DNA from: Camelus dromedarius
Lineage: Eukaryota
DNA: 64,000 nt
NCBI RefSeq assembly: GCF_036321535.1
Contig: NC_087472.1
Location: 94,738,001-94,802,000 of the forward strand
Direction of reading: 5' to 3'
Shown here: one piece after another, positions 51,686 to 64,000 of the stretch
Numbering within the stretch: the first letter of the stretch is position 1
Layout of the letters: every line of letters begins with the position of its first letter
Made by a program: the position numbers and the translations under genes
The notes under the pieces: generated by a model
What the model was told of the DNA's origin: nothing
What the model saw: only the letters and a program-made list of their open reading frames with translations
The model's database searches: none

Positions 51686-53719
51686 CTGATAAGATAGAAA
51701 AGACTGTTACTGGTTAATTTATTACATAAACATTAAAAAAAATCAAAACTAAGAAGAGAAAATTTTCATATCAGGTTAGTACATAACTATTTAATATGAA
51801 TTTAATCAATATTTTCCTCGACATTAAGAATGTCCATTTCCTAAGAATGACAGCAAGGGCATTGCCATATCTTTGAGGGCTTCTACTTTATTCTATAAGG
51901 TATACCCTTTCTGTAACATATTTTTACTAATAATATTTTATCAGCATAAAATTAACTTAAAGAAAATTGAGCTTCTAAAAACTCTTCCCCTGAAACTCTT
52001 TCAATGATGCTGAACTTTTTAAGAAATATGGAGCTTTCCAAACTAACAATTATTTTAGTGAGCTCCTTTCTTAAGGTGAAAGAACAATCACTGTAGTTGA
52101 TCAGGGAACTTTTGAGAAACCCCAAAGATATTAATAATGCCACCTTGAAATTTACACTATTCTGAATTTAGGATCTTACGTTGGGAATTCAAAATCTAAA
52201 GAATTTTCAGAGGTAATTTAGACAGTAGATTAAATCAGAAGCATAGGTACTTGAGACCAAGGGATGGAGTTTAGCTACCTATTAATCAAAGACAAAACTT
52301 CAAATATTTAAGAATAAAACAGTGGAAGATGGAATACTTGTAAGAAAACTAAGTTCTTTCAGAAGAAAGAAACTCCTAGTTTATCTGTGTATTTGTTTTT
52401 GCTTCAATAATCAAGAATATAAAAATTAGTTTAAAACAAAGAAAGCCATTCTGTTGAGACACAAATCTCCATTACCTGGGCAGATTAAACAGGTAAAGAA
52501 AAACTACTTTCTTTCATACATAGCAGATTGAGGTACTTCAAGACTAATTTGCTATTTTGACAGCAAATAAACCAAATTCTAAACTTTTATTAATATGATA
52601 TTTGACAGTTGTGTAATTACACCTATTTTTTTCTTATAAATACACCCACCAAACTTGAGCAAACTTTTTTCAAAATTTCAATATATTTTATGGCTTTCGT
52701 TGAAGGTCATTATTTGCAGATAATATAAACAAGAAAATGAAATACACATTCTAGAACATTTTATGCAAACTTCCTAGAACATTTTATGTCCATTCAAGTA
52801 TTATTCAAGTATCATTCTCTGTCTTTTCTCATAGAAATCCAAATGCTTTATTTCAATGCACAAAAAAGCTCATTTTTTTCCTTGAGTTCTTGTTTCTAGC
52901 TTAATCTCAAACACATATTACGTAAAATGTTTAAGCAAAGCTACTAAATTCTCTTTCACAGAGAAAACTGGAACCAGTAATTGAGAAATGCCAATTATAA
53001 TCATAGCAGAACCATTATATTCACTAATACATGTCTATATGTATTTCTATGTCTGTCTATCAAATACTACCCTCCACAGCCACAAACATCACTGTTAAAT
53101 TTTGTTACATTGGCAACAATTAACATGTTTGTTAACATAACCCAAAGGTAGAGCCATTCTATAACGTAAAAACATGAGAAACACATGTACACACACAATC
53201 CTTTTTGACTGATCTTTTAGTATTCTATATTAGAAATTACTCAAGTATACAAAGTCTAATTCACTGTTTAATATTACCCCAAGATCTTAAAGGTAAATAT
53301 AGTAGCAACTATGTTTAAGCTGATATACTGCACAATGCAATTACTGTTAATATAAAAAACATCTGTTGCAATTATGATTCAACTTAGTTGAACAGATAAT
53401 TTGAATTTTTCATAATCTTTCACCAGGTGAAAATAATATTAGCATATATGACCTATAGATGAAAATTAAAAGTTTAGGAAGTTTAGATAAATTGGTCTCT
53501 TTATAAAAAACATGCATAAATGTTATAAAAATTATTTATGGTTTTATTATATGTTTCTCTTATATAATTAAAGAAATGAGATATAACTGTTTTAAAACCC
53601 AAGTATTAAGTCTGACGTGTCCAAAGATATTTCTTGATTCTTAAAAAAAATACTTTTGAGCTAGCCATTTCTATACAAGTATTTTTTGTTTTGTTAAAAT
53701 AGCATCTTTTAAGCTTTTA

Positions 53720-54250
53720 AGATTTTATTTTTTATCGAAGTTTAGTTGATTTACAATGTTGTGTTAGTTTCAGGTGCACAGAAAAGTGTTCACATATATA
53801 ATATATATTAGATATATATTCTTAAGATTCTTTTCCATTATAGGTTATTACAAGATATTGAATATAGTTCCCTGTGCTATAAGTAGGTCCTTATTGTTTA
53901 CCTATTTTATATATATTAGTGTGTATTTGTTAATTCCAAACTCCTAATTTATCCCTCCCCATCCTTTTCCCTTTTGGCAACTAAGTTTGTTTTCTATGTT
54001 TGTGAAATTTCTGTTTTGTAAATAAGTTTATTTGTATCATTTTTTTCAGATTCCACATATAAGTGATATCACATGATATTTCTTTCTCTGTCTGATTTAC
54101 TTCACTTAGTATAATAATCTCTCCGTCCATCCATGTTGCTGCAAATGGCAATACCTCTGTATCTGTGAGTCTGTTTCTGTTTTGTTATATTCATTTTACT
54201 TTTTAGATTCCACATATAAGTTGTAACTACAGTATTTACCTTTCTCTGCT
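53720..54250 (-). mobile_element. Cetartiodactyl L1 3'UTR, with a second partial 3'UTR segment at ~54153-54250
   Basis: gttgatttacaatgttgtgttagtttcaggtgcacag...ccatccatgttgctgcaaatggca; agattccacatataagt occurs twice. Confidence 0.9.
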
Positions 54251-55199
54251 TATTAGTCTTTTTAAACAAACAAACAGAGCTCTTTTACAAGAGACTTTTG
54301 AATCTAATATATTAATAACACCTCAAAAGTGGGAAGACATTTTATACCCATAAAATGAGACTTCTGTCAGTTATCAACACACAGACACTGGAAGGGCTAG
54401 CAACTACTCAAGGATGGTCCAGAATAACTGCAGTACATAAAAACATGATGTTCTCTATTTTAAATAAATATTTTTCCAATGGAAGTGAGATATATTCTTG
54501 CATAAATAAAAGAGATAAAAACAAGCAAAAATAACCTGACATTTCTAATTCTCTTTTTTCTCCCACTCAAAAGAATATAGATCTCCATCTCTACCTGTCA
54601 GAGATTATCAACTAGTCAGACAATACAATCAACTTGACAATTTTTATGGCCACCAATGCAATTTAACTTAGTGACCATTTGTAAACCAGATAAAGAAACA
54701 AGCTTGGACGAAACCTAGAAATACATTCAAAAATACAGAATCAGGAAAAGATGAACTGTGAGTCACTGAGAGTAAAATACTTTTATCACTTAAGGTTCAC
54801 TCTAGAAGTTAAGAAAAAATGTGTCCGGATTTAAAGAACCCATGCAGGACACTTCTCATATCAACCTATTTAATTGCCCATTTAGACATCTAGGTTGAAT
54901 TTCCGAAACTGTCAACATATAATTTTCAAAAGTTAAAAACATGACTTTCAAAGAAATATAAAGTGAGACTATGTCAAATATTTAATTAGCACATTAACAA
55001 AGGAACCAGCAAAATGGTAAGAATGGCTTTGCAATTAATTTTGATATACTCACTCTGTGCCCTGTGCTTTGCTAAATCTGATTAGTAGTCCTAGTAGTTA
55101 TTTTGTTGATTAGGGATTGCTAATTATTATAATTAATAAAAATTGTAATAACATAATTATTTTAATAATGTAATCATGATAATGTAAATTATTATATTG

Positions 55200-56240
55200 T
55201 ATTTAAATTAAGACAATTTTACTTCTTCCTTTTTAATCCAAGTTACTTTTTCTTTTTTATGCCACATGCCCTGACTATAACCTTCCATAAAATGTTAAAT
55301 AGCAGTAAATGAGAGAAGGCATTCTTGCCATGTTCACAATCTTAAAGGAAGGACATTAAATATATCACCATGAAGTAAGATGTTAGCTGTAAATTTTTTG
55401 TAGGTCCTCTTTATCAGATAGAGAAAGGTTGCCAAGAACTTTTATCACGAATGGGTGTTGAATAGTTAAAATGCTTTTCTGCACCTGCTGAAATAATCAT
55501 AAGCTTTTCCTCTCTCATTTGCTAATGTTGACTGATTTCCAAATATCAACTCGAGTTTGCATTCCTTGGATAAACCTCAGAGGTCATGATGAAATTCCTA
55601 TTTTATATAATGCTGATTTATTTTGCTAAACTTCATTAAGGAATCATATCATGAGACATAGTAGTCTGTAATTTTCCTTTCGGGGGGTTTCTTTTCTTTT
55701 TATTCTTTTAATAAATTTTTAAAAATTTTAGAATAATTTTATATTTACAGAAAATTACAAGGATAATATAGAAAGTTCCCATATACCACTCACCCAGTTT
55801 ATCATCATGATACATTTGTCAAAACTAAGAAACCAACATTGGTATGTTACTACTAACCAAACTCTCTACTTTGATTTCACCTGTTTTTCTCCTAATTTTC
55901 TTTTTATATCTTAGGTGCTGGTATAAGGGATATCTTCATCCTTCATATGAAATGGGAAGTTGTCCCTCTTCCTCTATTTCTGAAATATATTGTATAAAAG
56001 ATAATTCTTTTCTTCATCAAATATTTGTTTAAATTTTCCTGTGAAGTTATTTGGGTAAGGAGTTCTCTATATAGGCATATTTATGACAATAAATTCAACT
56101 TAAATAAAGAATTCAATGATGCTATTCAGATGTTCTGTTTCTCTTTTACATGTTTTGTTAACTTCACTTTTCAAAGAATTCACCCATTTTATTTGAGTTA
56201 TTGAGTGCATTGGCATAGAGTTGTTCAAAATATCCCCTTA
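55200..56240 (-). mobile_element. Old L1 ORF2 remnant with a nested L1MC-like 3' end (~55715-55895)
   Basis: gacaattttacttcttcc...gaatgggtgttgaat...cttcatatgaaatgggaagttgtccctcttcctctattt. Confidence 0.7.
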
Positions 56241-56689
56241 TACTTCTGTTGATATGCTTTATACAATGATTTTATCATCTATGAAATATTTGTCTATCCA
56301 TCTACCTGTCTGCCTTCTCCTCTTCTACACTTTGACCTGTGGCTGCACTACAATTGTTACTGCCTAACCATGTCTATGCATCTGTCTTACTAATTAGTCA
56401 CATGCTTATTGGCCTGTTTAAACTCTGCTTTTTATTGATGTCTGAAGACTCTGTATTGGTAGAGACTTTAAAGATGCAACCCCTCTTGTCAAATCTAATA
56501 AAATACAATTAAATAAAAAAATTATTTAACACTTCAGATTTCAAATAATAGGCTAACTGGACAGATCTTACTTGACCTGATAAAGTAGTTGATAGTGTGC
56601 CTCTTTTTAGTGGATGCAAACTTGTCACTTAGATGAAAGATATGAGCGCAAACTGGAAAGCAAAACAACTTTACTGGGCCGAATAACTT

Positions 56690-57623
56690 CCACATACCCA
56701 TCCAGATTTTCTATCTATCCTCCTCCAGCCTGCTCTGTGCTTGGAAGGTGGAACCATATAAACTGCATCAACAGCCCCCTCATCTTCTGCCTTTCAATTG
56801 CCTGTACTCTAACCTTAATGGCATGTCATATGGTCAGTTAGTCCCTGCCATAGGATTTCTTCTGGATTGTGGTAAAAGCCTCTTCTTTTTACCCTTTCTC
56901 CACACCTCTTTAGGCTGGTGGGGTTCAGGGCAGGCCACCCCAAGATGTTCACACCAGTGCACTCTGGCCTGCCATTTATTTCTAGCTGAAAACAACCGAG
57001 GCCCAAAAGACTCAGGAAGAACCTTTGAACTTCCCCCTGTCTAAAAGAATTGAGATAGAGTTCCAGGAAGGAGCTGTCACCATAGGTAACTGAAGCATGA
57101 ACTAGTTGTGGAGACAGGGGAAACCTAGCAAGGCTTCTTTGACCAAACTCCTCTCTGTGTCCCATTGTCTCTAGATGGCCCAGCAAACATTTGTTTTCCA
57201 AATATTACCTCTTTTCCTTTTTCTGTGAATTAATATCCTTTCCTTTGAAGTCCCAGAACCCAACCTCCTTCCTCTCAGTCCAAGATGACATATACACCTC
57301 ATCTTGCCTTACTATCTTTGGAATTCCACATGCTTTTGCAAATTCCCCACACATACATATTAAATTTGATTTTCTCCTGTTAATCTGCCTTATGTCATTT
57401 TAATTATTTTACCAGCCAAAAGAACCAAGAAGAGGAGGGAGGAATATTCTCATTCCTCACAAGGCTTAAGTATAATGGTACCCAGATATTAAGAGTCACA
57501 GGAACAGCATTATCTCTTCCCCTGCACCTTTTCCACATCTTTGTACATACTTCCTTTATTAAATTTCCTGGATTAACACATTTTAAATGTCATCTCTTTC
57601 CTGCAAGGACTCCCACAGGTACA
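56690..57623 (+). mobile_element. LTR33-like ERVL LTR, split by an ERV1 LTR
   Basis: Left cctgctctgtgc...gcatcaacagccccctc; right ccacatctttgtacatacttcctttattaaa...tttcctgcaaggac...ggtaca. Confidence 0.7.
56916..57461 (+). mobile_element. MER34A-like ERV1 solo LTR
   Basis: TG...CA termini; perfect 4-bp TSD AGGC (56912-56915 / 57462-57465); attaaatttgattttctcctgttaatctg in the R/U5 region. Confidence 0.85.
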
Positions 57624-57699
57624 ATATAGAAAAAAACCACCACCACAGCAACAAAATAAGAACGGCCAGAAAAGTTATAAAAATAATAATAATGGAGAC

Positions 57700-58080
57700 A
57701 ATAGACCTGTATGGTAAGAAAATTATTTTAAAGCTAAATAATTAAAAACAGTGTATCTCTGTTTCATAGATACACAAAACCAGATCACTATATATCTATA
57801 TTAAAAATAAATTCATATAATAAAGGATTTCCATATAATGTGGTTGGCTATTTAAAACAGTAAGAAAAATATCTTCTAAAAAGTTGAAAATTTACATCAT
57901 GCTGTATACCAGATTAAACTATAAATGTAAGAAAGGAAACAATAAAATATCAAAGGAAATGATAAAAGGTTTATTTTCCCTATCCTGGGAAAGGCCTAAG
58001 TATAACATAAATTCTAGAACGTATAAAAGAAAAAAAGTGTTACATTGTACCACATAAAATCTAAACATATACTGTAATAA
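57700..58080 (+). mobile_element. Very old L1 ORF2 3' fragment
   Basis: ataatgtggttggctattt...ccagattaaactataaatgtaagaaaggaaacaataaaa. Confidence 0.45.
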
Positions 58081-59499
58081 GAAGAGCCTTTCTCATGCTG
58101 GTATACAGACAAACTATGGACCCAGAAGGGAAACAGCTGCAAAACCTATGATTCCCCTATTTACTGAGGCCCCACTCTAAGGACAATGAATGGTAGACTG
58201 GATCTGGCCTCCCTGGCTTGCTGGACACAGCTGCAATATCCAAGCAGCTTCGACAATCTACAGAAAACTTTTGGTACAAAGTTGCTAATGTCATCAGGAC
58301 CCAGGGCCTTGAGCCCCAATTACTCTGGGAGAGAGTCCAGAGCTCCTGAATTTGCCACTTGGCAATCTTCTTCAAAGTTGTCTGCACCTCCATAGCATTT
58401 ATGACCAGACCAGTCTACAGCTAAACATCCCTGTTTTGAATATTTACCCACAGGTTGTCCTTTGCCTTTGCAGCCTTCTATGTGCTAGTGCTTTAGAAGT
58501 GTCCCCAGAGTCCACATCTCAAATGATCCCTTCTGAATGCCATGGACTTAATTCAGTTCACACATGCTATGTAGGCTTCTCACACTTCTATTATGTTTTC
58601 CCCTTATCTCCTCCTTAAACCATGACATTTTTCTTGGTTAATGTTGCTGTGTATATTAAATGAGGCAGACCACACATGGGCAGTTCCAGTTTCTATGAAT
58701 GAGAATGATAACTGAAAATCAGCCTAAGTTACTTTAGTTTGCTATCAAACCATCAAAGAGGCAGTGCAAAGGGTATATACAGAATTAAGGGGACCAGGAG
58801 ATATGGCCCTCCAGTGACTCCCTTTCTTACACATGGAAGAACCCCCAAGTTCTGTGGTTTCACAAGATAATATAAGAATAGGGGATACACCTACTCAGAG
58901 GTGACAAGAACCTGGCCTCTAGTCTTTCATTCCATATTAAATTAGGTGAAAGATGTCACCATTAAAGAGTTAGCCTTATTAACATAAAAGTGAATTACTT
59001 CTGTGCCACAAAACCTTCTTACTTTTAAGATTCAGTGCAGAAGGCTGCTCATGGCCTAGAGTAAAGCTTTTATCATTTTGGCATATAAAGACACTGCAGC
59101 CTGAAAGCTGTTTTGCTACTTATTTGTCATAGGCAGAAGCCTGTTTACCTATCCCAAACATAATCACACACTTCCCACATCAGAATTACTATGTAGAGGG
59201 AAAGCCTATTAAAAAGAGACTTGCATTCACAGTGCGGAGGAAATTGCATGCCAATCACCTAGGCCTTCTTGGACCACCAAGATCCCTGCCAAAGATCATC
59301 ACACATCTAAAGAAATCATACTGCTTTGAAAAAAAAAAAGTGGGTAAACATAATGAAAAGCAGATATCAGAGGTAACTGAATTAATCCTTCAAGTATATG
59401 GGAAATTAGGAAAACAAACCACTTTATTAGTATATCTGAGCACTTAAAGAAACAGTAAAGCCCTATCAAACGTGGGGCCTTAAGACCAAATAAATACTA

Positions 59500-59905
59500 G
59501 ATTTAATTCAAAGTGAGATAGGAGATCATTGGCTGACCTTGATGGGATGACCCTGTTACATGGAAAATGGCTTGTAGGAGGAAGAGGTAGAAGAAGGAAA
59601 ACCAGTGAAGGGACTATTAAAATAATTCAGAGGAAAGATGATGGTTACTTGGAATAGGATTTTAACAGTGCAAATGACAAGAGATAGTCATATTTGAGAT
59701 GTGACTTAAAGATATAGCTGACAGGAGGATTGGCTAGATTGGATGTGTATGAGAGAAAAGGAGAAGAGTCAAGATTGACAGCAAAGCATTTGGCATGAGA
59801 AACTGGAACAGCAGAGGATCCATTTATTGGAACAGGAAGAGTGAAGGAAAACAAGTTTGAGGGGAGGGGGCAGGAGGTTGGATACGTAAGGCTGGGGTTC
59901 ATGAG
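59500..59905 (-). mobile_element. LINE-2 fragment
   Basis: tgacaggaggattggctagattggatgtg...ggagaagagtcaagattgacagcaaagcatttggcatgagaaactgg. Confidence 0.75.
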
Positions 59906-62460
59906 AGGTATTTGGTATAGTAATACACATCTCTCTTATTTTTTTTTCAATAAGAAAAAGTGAAAGCAGTTAGAAAAATCAGGGAAATAAAGCATAGATA
60001 CAAGGCAGGCATGGTATAAATGTGTAAGAAATTTTAAAATATATATAGATATAAAATCCTGATTAATGTAATGCTTTACTTCAAATAATTTAGGGTCAAT
60101 ATATTGCATCCAAAAGAAATCCTGTCATACCATTTGACTGGTCAATAAACACTATTTACCCAGTCATAGTATTTGCATTGTATTTAATTTGCAGTGAATT
60201 TATTTTTAAGTTGTGCAAATTTACACACAATGCAAGAAAGTTATGATTAAGGTTGAAGAAGAAAATGTAGGATTTATTAACTTTGACAAGTGTAAAAGTA
60301 AATCTGTAGGTGACAGATGGTGGGAGATGAGGGAGGAAAAGAGTGTGGAGAATATATGGAGGCACTGGTATCTTCATCCTACACAGAAGGGAGTCAAGAT
60401 ACTTGAGTAAATTCTATAGCACAAGAAACTGAAGTAAGAAGGTATTAACATTACAAAGTTTCCCAGCACAAGAACTAGTTATGGCGATCAACTATTTGGA
60501 GACAGATGAGTATAAGCAGTGGAATGAGTTAAAACTTTAAAGTTCCTGTCGAGGGGTTAATAGATTTTTTTTTTCTAAAGCCAGTCAAGACATGAAATTA
60601 AAAGCATATATACTTTTTTTAATCTTGGAAATTACTTGAAGAAAAGTTATTTTGGGATTCAAATGTAGGCTAGAGAGAAGTCATGAAGGAGATTTTCTAT
60701 ATATTTTCAGAATAAACCTGTGTATTATTTGGTTTTTAATATTTAAATAAAATGTTTAAAATTGATCAGAAAAATATAAACACTCTAAAACAATCTAGAA
60801 GCCTTTACTAAATTCTAAGAAGAATAAATGAGGATTAAAAAGCTATAACACATTTCAAAAGTTCCACATTACAAAACACAAAATTTTAATCCTTTCCCTA
60901 TCTCAGTGTTTCCTAGGACCATCAAGATTTGTCCTGTTTCACATCTCTTTAATAACGTAGACAACTGCACTGAGCCATCAGAAATTATGGGCTATAAACT
61001 TTGACCAAATGTCATTATAAAATCGTAAGGTAATACTGTATTTGATATAAAACCTTTTAAAATATAAGTAATCTTATGGCCCTAAGTACTTGAAAAGTGT
61101 TAAATGCTATGCTGAAATTGTTCTTAGCACAATAAGCGAGATGAGGTTGTATGTTTACATTCCTGTAATCACTAAGGGCACCATTCACGCTATCTGCTTG
61201 GAGCTGTCTCAAGTAAGATAAAACTGTACATACACTGTGTTCATTGTTATCATGCTTACAATTCCTCTCCCTATGGTTAATTTTATTAAATTAAAGCAAA
61301 GATTTCCAAGAGAACTAATTTATAATCTTCTAATCACATGGCTTGTAAGGGTTCTACCACTTAAGTTAATAACAAAAAATACAGAGTGACTAGTCTCAAG
61401 TAATTAAATTTCTCCATATAAATTCTGGGTGACATCTTTGTTAAACAGAGAGCATTGTATTCTCTTTAGTCTAACTCTTTCTACTGCTGCAAGAATTATG
61501 CCAGTTAGAGCTGCCTCTGGCAGTTCTAATTCAAACTTCACATGAAATCCAATTTTTTCCTTAACTTTCTGGGGATCTTGGCCTGGATTGTTGCTTCCCT
61601 AGTCCTAAACGACCTCCACGTAGATGGTCCCTCCTTACATACCAGCAACACAGAAGCTGGCTTCTTGGACAGTTTTTTCCTTTTCTGTCCAACATGAAGT
61701 GAGAAAGGCTAACTCTTTCACTAGGGGCCCCACAAATAATTATTCCAACTTTTTTCTGTTGGTGCTATCATGGTGGCTGAAGTAATAAAAGACCTCACTC
61801 TTCAGTTGAGATTCTCCTATACAAAGGGAAATATGGGGTCCAAGGGTGTGGGAAAAAAACCTAAAACTGAAAATAACCGTGGCACCCAGTCCAACAGGTG
61901 TAAACATCCTGCTGGATTTCAATATAGGGGCACTGTGAAAAGAAATATCTTTGAAAAGAAATCTTCCTGCAATCCTAAAAGCACTTTTATTCACACTTAG
62001 TCCAAAGGAATTCCTACCTCATAATCTAGTCCTAATTTTAAGTAGGATTTTCCAAGTCAGATTCAATTAACATCTCCATTTTTAAGGTGAAATTGCTTCT
62101 CCATGTAACCACCATGCTGATCAGATGGATCAATTGTCCTTGTTCTCGACACTCGAATTCTTTGATCTCCTTTTTCTCTCCTAGTGTACATCTCAATCAA
62201 GCTTTTTCTTCTAGTTATTTGTATATTTTAATTCTTCCTGTCACACCTTTCTCTCTTGTACCAAGTTCACCTGTTCCACTAGAACCCTGGTAGGCAACTG
62301 TTCCGCAATATAAAGTCGCAAGCAGCCTCATTTATAAGTGACTTTCTTTAGACTTAGTACGTCTTTGCTGAGTTGGTGTTTTATTGCACTGTGAAAAAGT
62401 TCAGCCAAATTGACCGAAACAAATAAACAAACACAGACCTTTTTAAAAAAGAAGTTTTCA

Positions 62461-63751
62461 TGAACATGGGAGCACAGTTATCTCTTCAAGATACTGATTT
62501 CCTTTCCCTTGGATATATACCCAAGAGTAGGATTGCTGGGTCATATACTAGTTCTAGTTCTATTTTACATTTTTTGAGAAACAGCCACACTGTTCTCCTT
62601 AAGGCTGTACCAACTTATATTTTCACCAAGTGTGTAAGGGTTTCCTTTTCTCCACATCCTTGCCAACATTTGTTATCTCTTGTCTTTTTGATAATAGCCA
62701 TCCTAACAGGTGTGAAGGTTCTGATTTGCACTGTTCCACTGATTAGTGATGTTGAGCACCTTTGCATGTACCTATTAACCAACACAGGTCTTCTTTTGAA
62801 AAATGTCTATTGCAGTTCTTTGCCTATTTTTTAATTGGATTATTTGATCCTCTATTATTTGTATGAGTTTTTGTATATTTTGAATTATTAACCCCTTATT
62901 AGATAGACAGTTTACAAATATTTTCTCCCATTCTGTAGGCTGCCTTTTCAATTCATTGTTTCCTTGGCTTCGCAGAAGCTCTTTAGTTTGATATACTCCC
63001 ACTTGATTATTTTAGCTTTTGTTACCTGTTCTTTTGGTGTCTTATCTAAGAAATCATTGCCAAGATCAATGTCAAGGAATATTTTTCCTATGTTTTCTCC
63101 TAGAAGTTTTACAGTTTCAGATCTTGCACTTAAGTCCTTAATCCATTTTAAGTTAATTTTTGTGAGTGATCTAAGATTAGGGGTTCAGTTTCATTCTTTT
63201 GCATGTGGATATCCAGATTTCCCAATACCATGTGCTGAAGAGACTATCTTTTCCCCATTGTGTGTTCTCTGCACACCTATGTTCACTGCAGCATTATTCA
63301 TAATAGCCATGATATAGAAATGACCTAAATGTCTTTTGACTAATGTATATACACACACACATATATATAATAAAGAAACAAATAAAGGAATATTATTCAG
63401 ACATAAAAAAAAGGAAATTCTGCCATTTGTGACAATGTGGATGAACATGGAGGGCAATATGCTAAGCGAAATAGAGTAAGTTCTTATGATCTAATATACA
63501 GCAAGATGACTATAGTTAATAATAAGGTATTGTATAAGGCATTGTATACTTGAAAGTTGCTGAGAGTAGGTCTTAAGCATTCTCACCACACATACACACA
63601 CACAAAGAGAGCTAACTATGTGAGGTGATAGATATGTTAATTATCTTGATCTTGGTAATCATTCCACAATACATATGTATATCAAATCATCACACTGTAT
63701 ACTTTAATATATACATTATGCTTCTTGATTATTTGTTAATAAAGTCAGGGG
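62461..63751 (+). mobile_element. 5'-inverted (twin-primed) L1, L1MA-like; inverted part 62461-~63268, sense part ~63269-63751
   Basis: Antisense ORF2 (ORF 62775-63002: KRQPTEWEKIF) followed by sense CTPMFTAALF and the 3'UTR; 15-bp TSD with one mismatch aaaaagaagttttca / aaaaaggagttttca (62446-62460 / 63752-63766) after a tttt|aaaa site. Confidence 0.88.
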
Positions 63752-64000
63752 AAAAAGGAGTTTTCAGAGAGTGTGGAAAATAACCTTTTTTTTTGGAGGA
63801 GGTATATATTCTTATTTCTGATTGCTCCTTAAATGAAATATGGTCATGGCTAGATGTGGAATTGGTAACATGTTGGTTTTTCTATGACATCTGACCTTCA
63901 CACCATAGTTAAGAATAGTTTAAGACGTCACAAAGGGGTTTTAAACAATCAAACCTGAAAATCAGTGTCTCTCCTTCAAGAAACCTGGGCTAAAGGTAAC

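Noticed and set aside
54595..54714. Minus-strand coding exon (acceptor tatttctag, donor CAG|gtagag)
   Set aside because: Stops in all three frames and only moderate splice sites.
56748..57403. ORFs of 70-128 aa as ERV genes
   Set aside because: They lie within LTR sequence and show no gag, pol or env motifs. The same applies to 16398-16715, which starts in the 16043-16521 LTR.
16043..57461. Related LTRs as the two ends of one provirus
   Set aside because: Opposite orientation, 40 kb apart, different flanking duplications and no internal retroviral sequence.

Overview
AT-rich, CpG-depleted, repeat-dense mammalian DNA, intergenic or intronic. It is most likely camelid: there are four tRNA-Ala(AGC)-derived SINEs of the Vic-1 type and many cetartiodactyl-type L1 3' ends, and I saw no Bov-tA/Bov-A2, PRE-1, Alu or B1/B2. 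I found no recognisable intact protein-coding gene, CpG island, real tRNA/rRNA gene or prokaryotic system. The ORF-track entries are L1 ORF2 fragments, antisense readings of repeats, or chance ORFs. The window is mainly a layered record of transposition (L2, MIR, MLT1 MaLR, ERVL and ERV1 solo LTRs, MER3, MER33, MADE2, old and young L1, SINEs). Several insertions are unusually readable: a young CpG-rich ERV1 solo LTR with a 4-bp TSD, a twin-primed inverted L1, an internal L1 ORF2 piece with an atypical 13-bp duplication, and a 25-bp L1 tail insertion. The best non-repeat lead is a set of minus-strand exon-like segments at about 46.6-51.7 kb that splice in phase but carry an in-frame TGA; I could not identify the gene. 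Repeat family names come from recall of consensus sequences and need RepeatMasker/Dfam confirmation. Boundaries without a quoted TSD are approximate. I cannot support a claim of a new biological system here.
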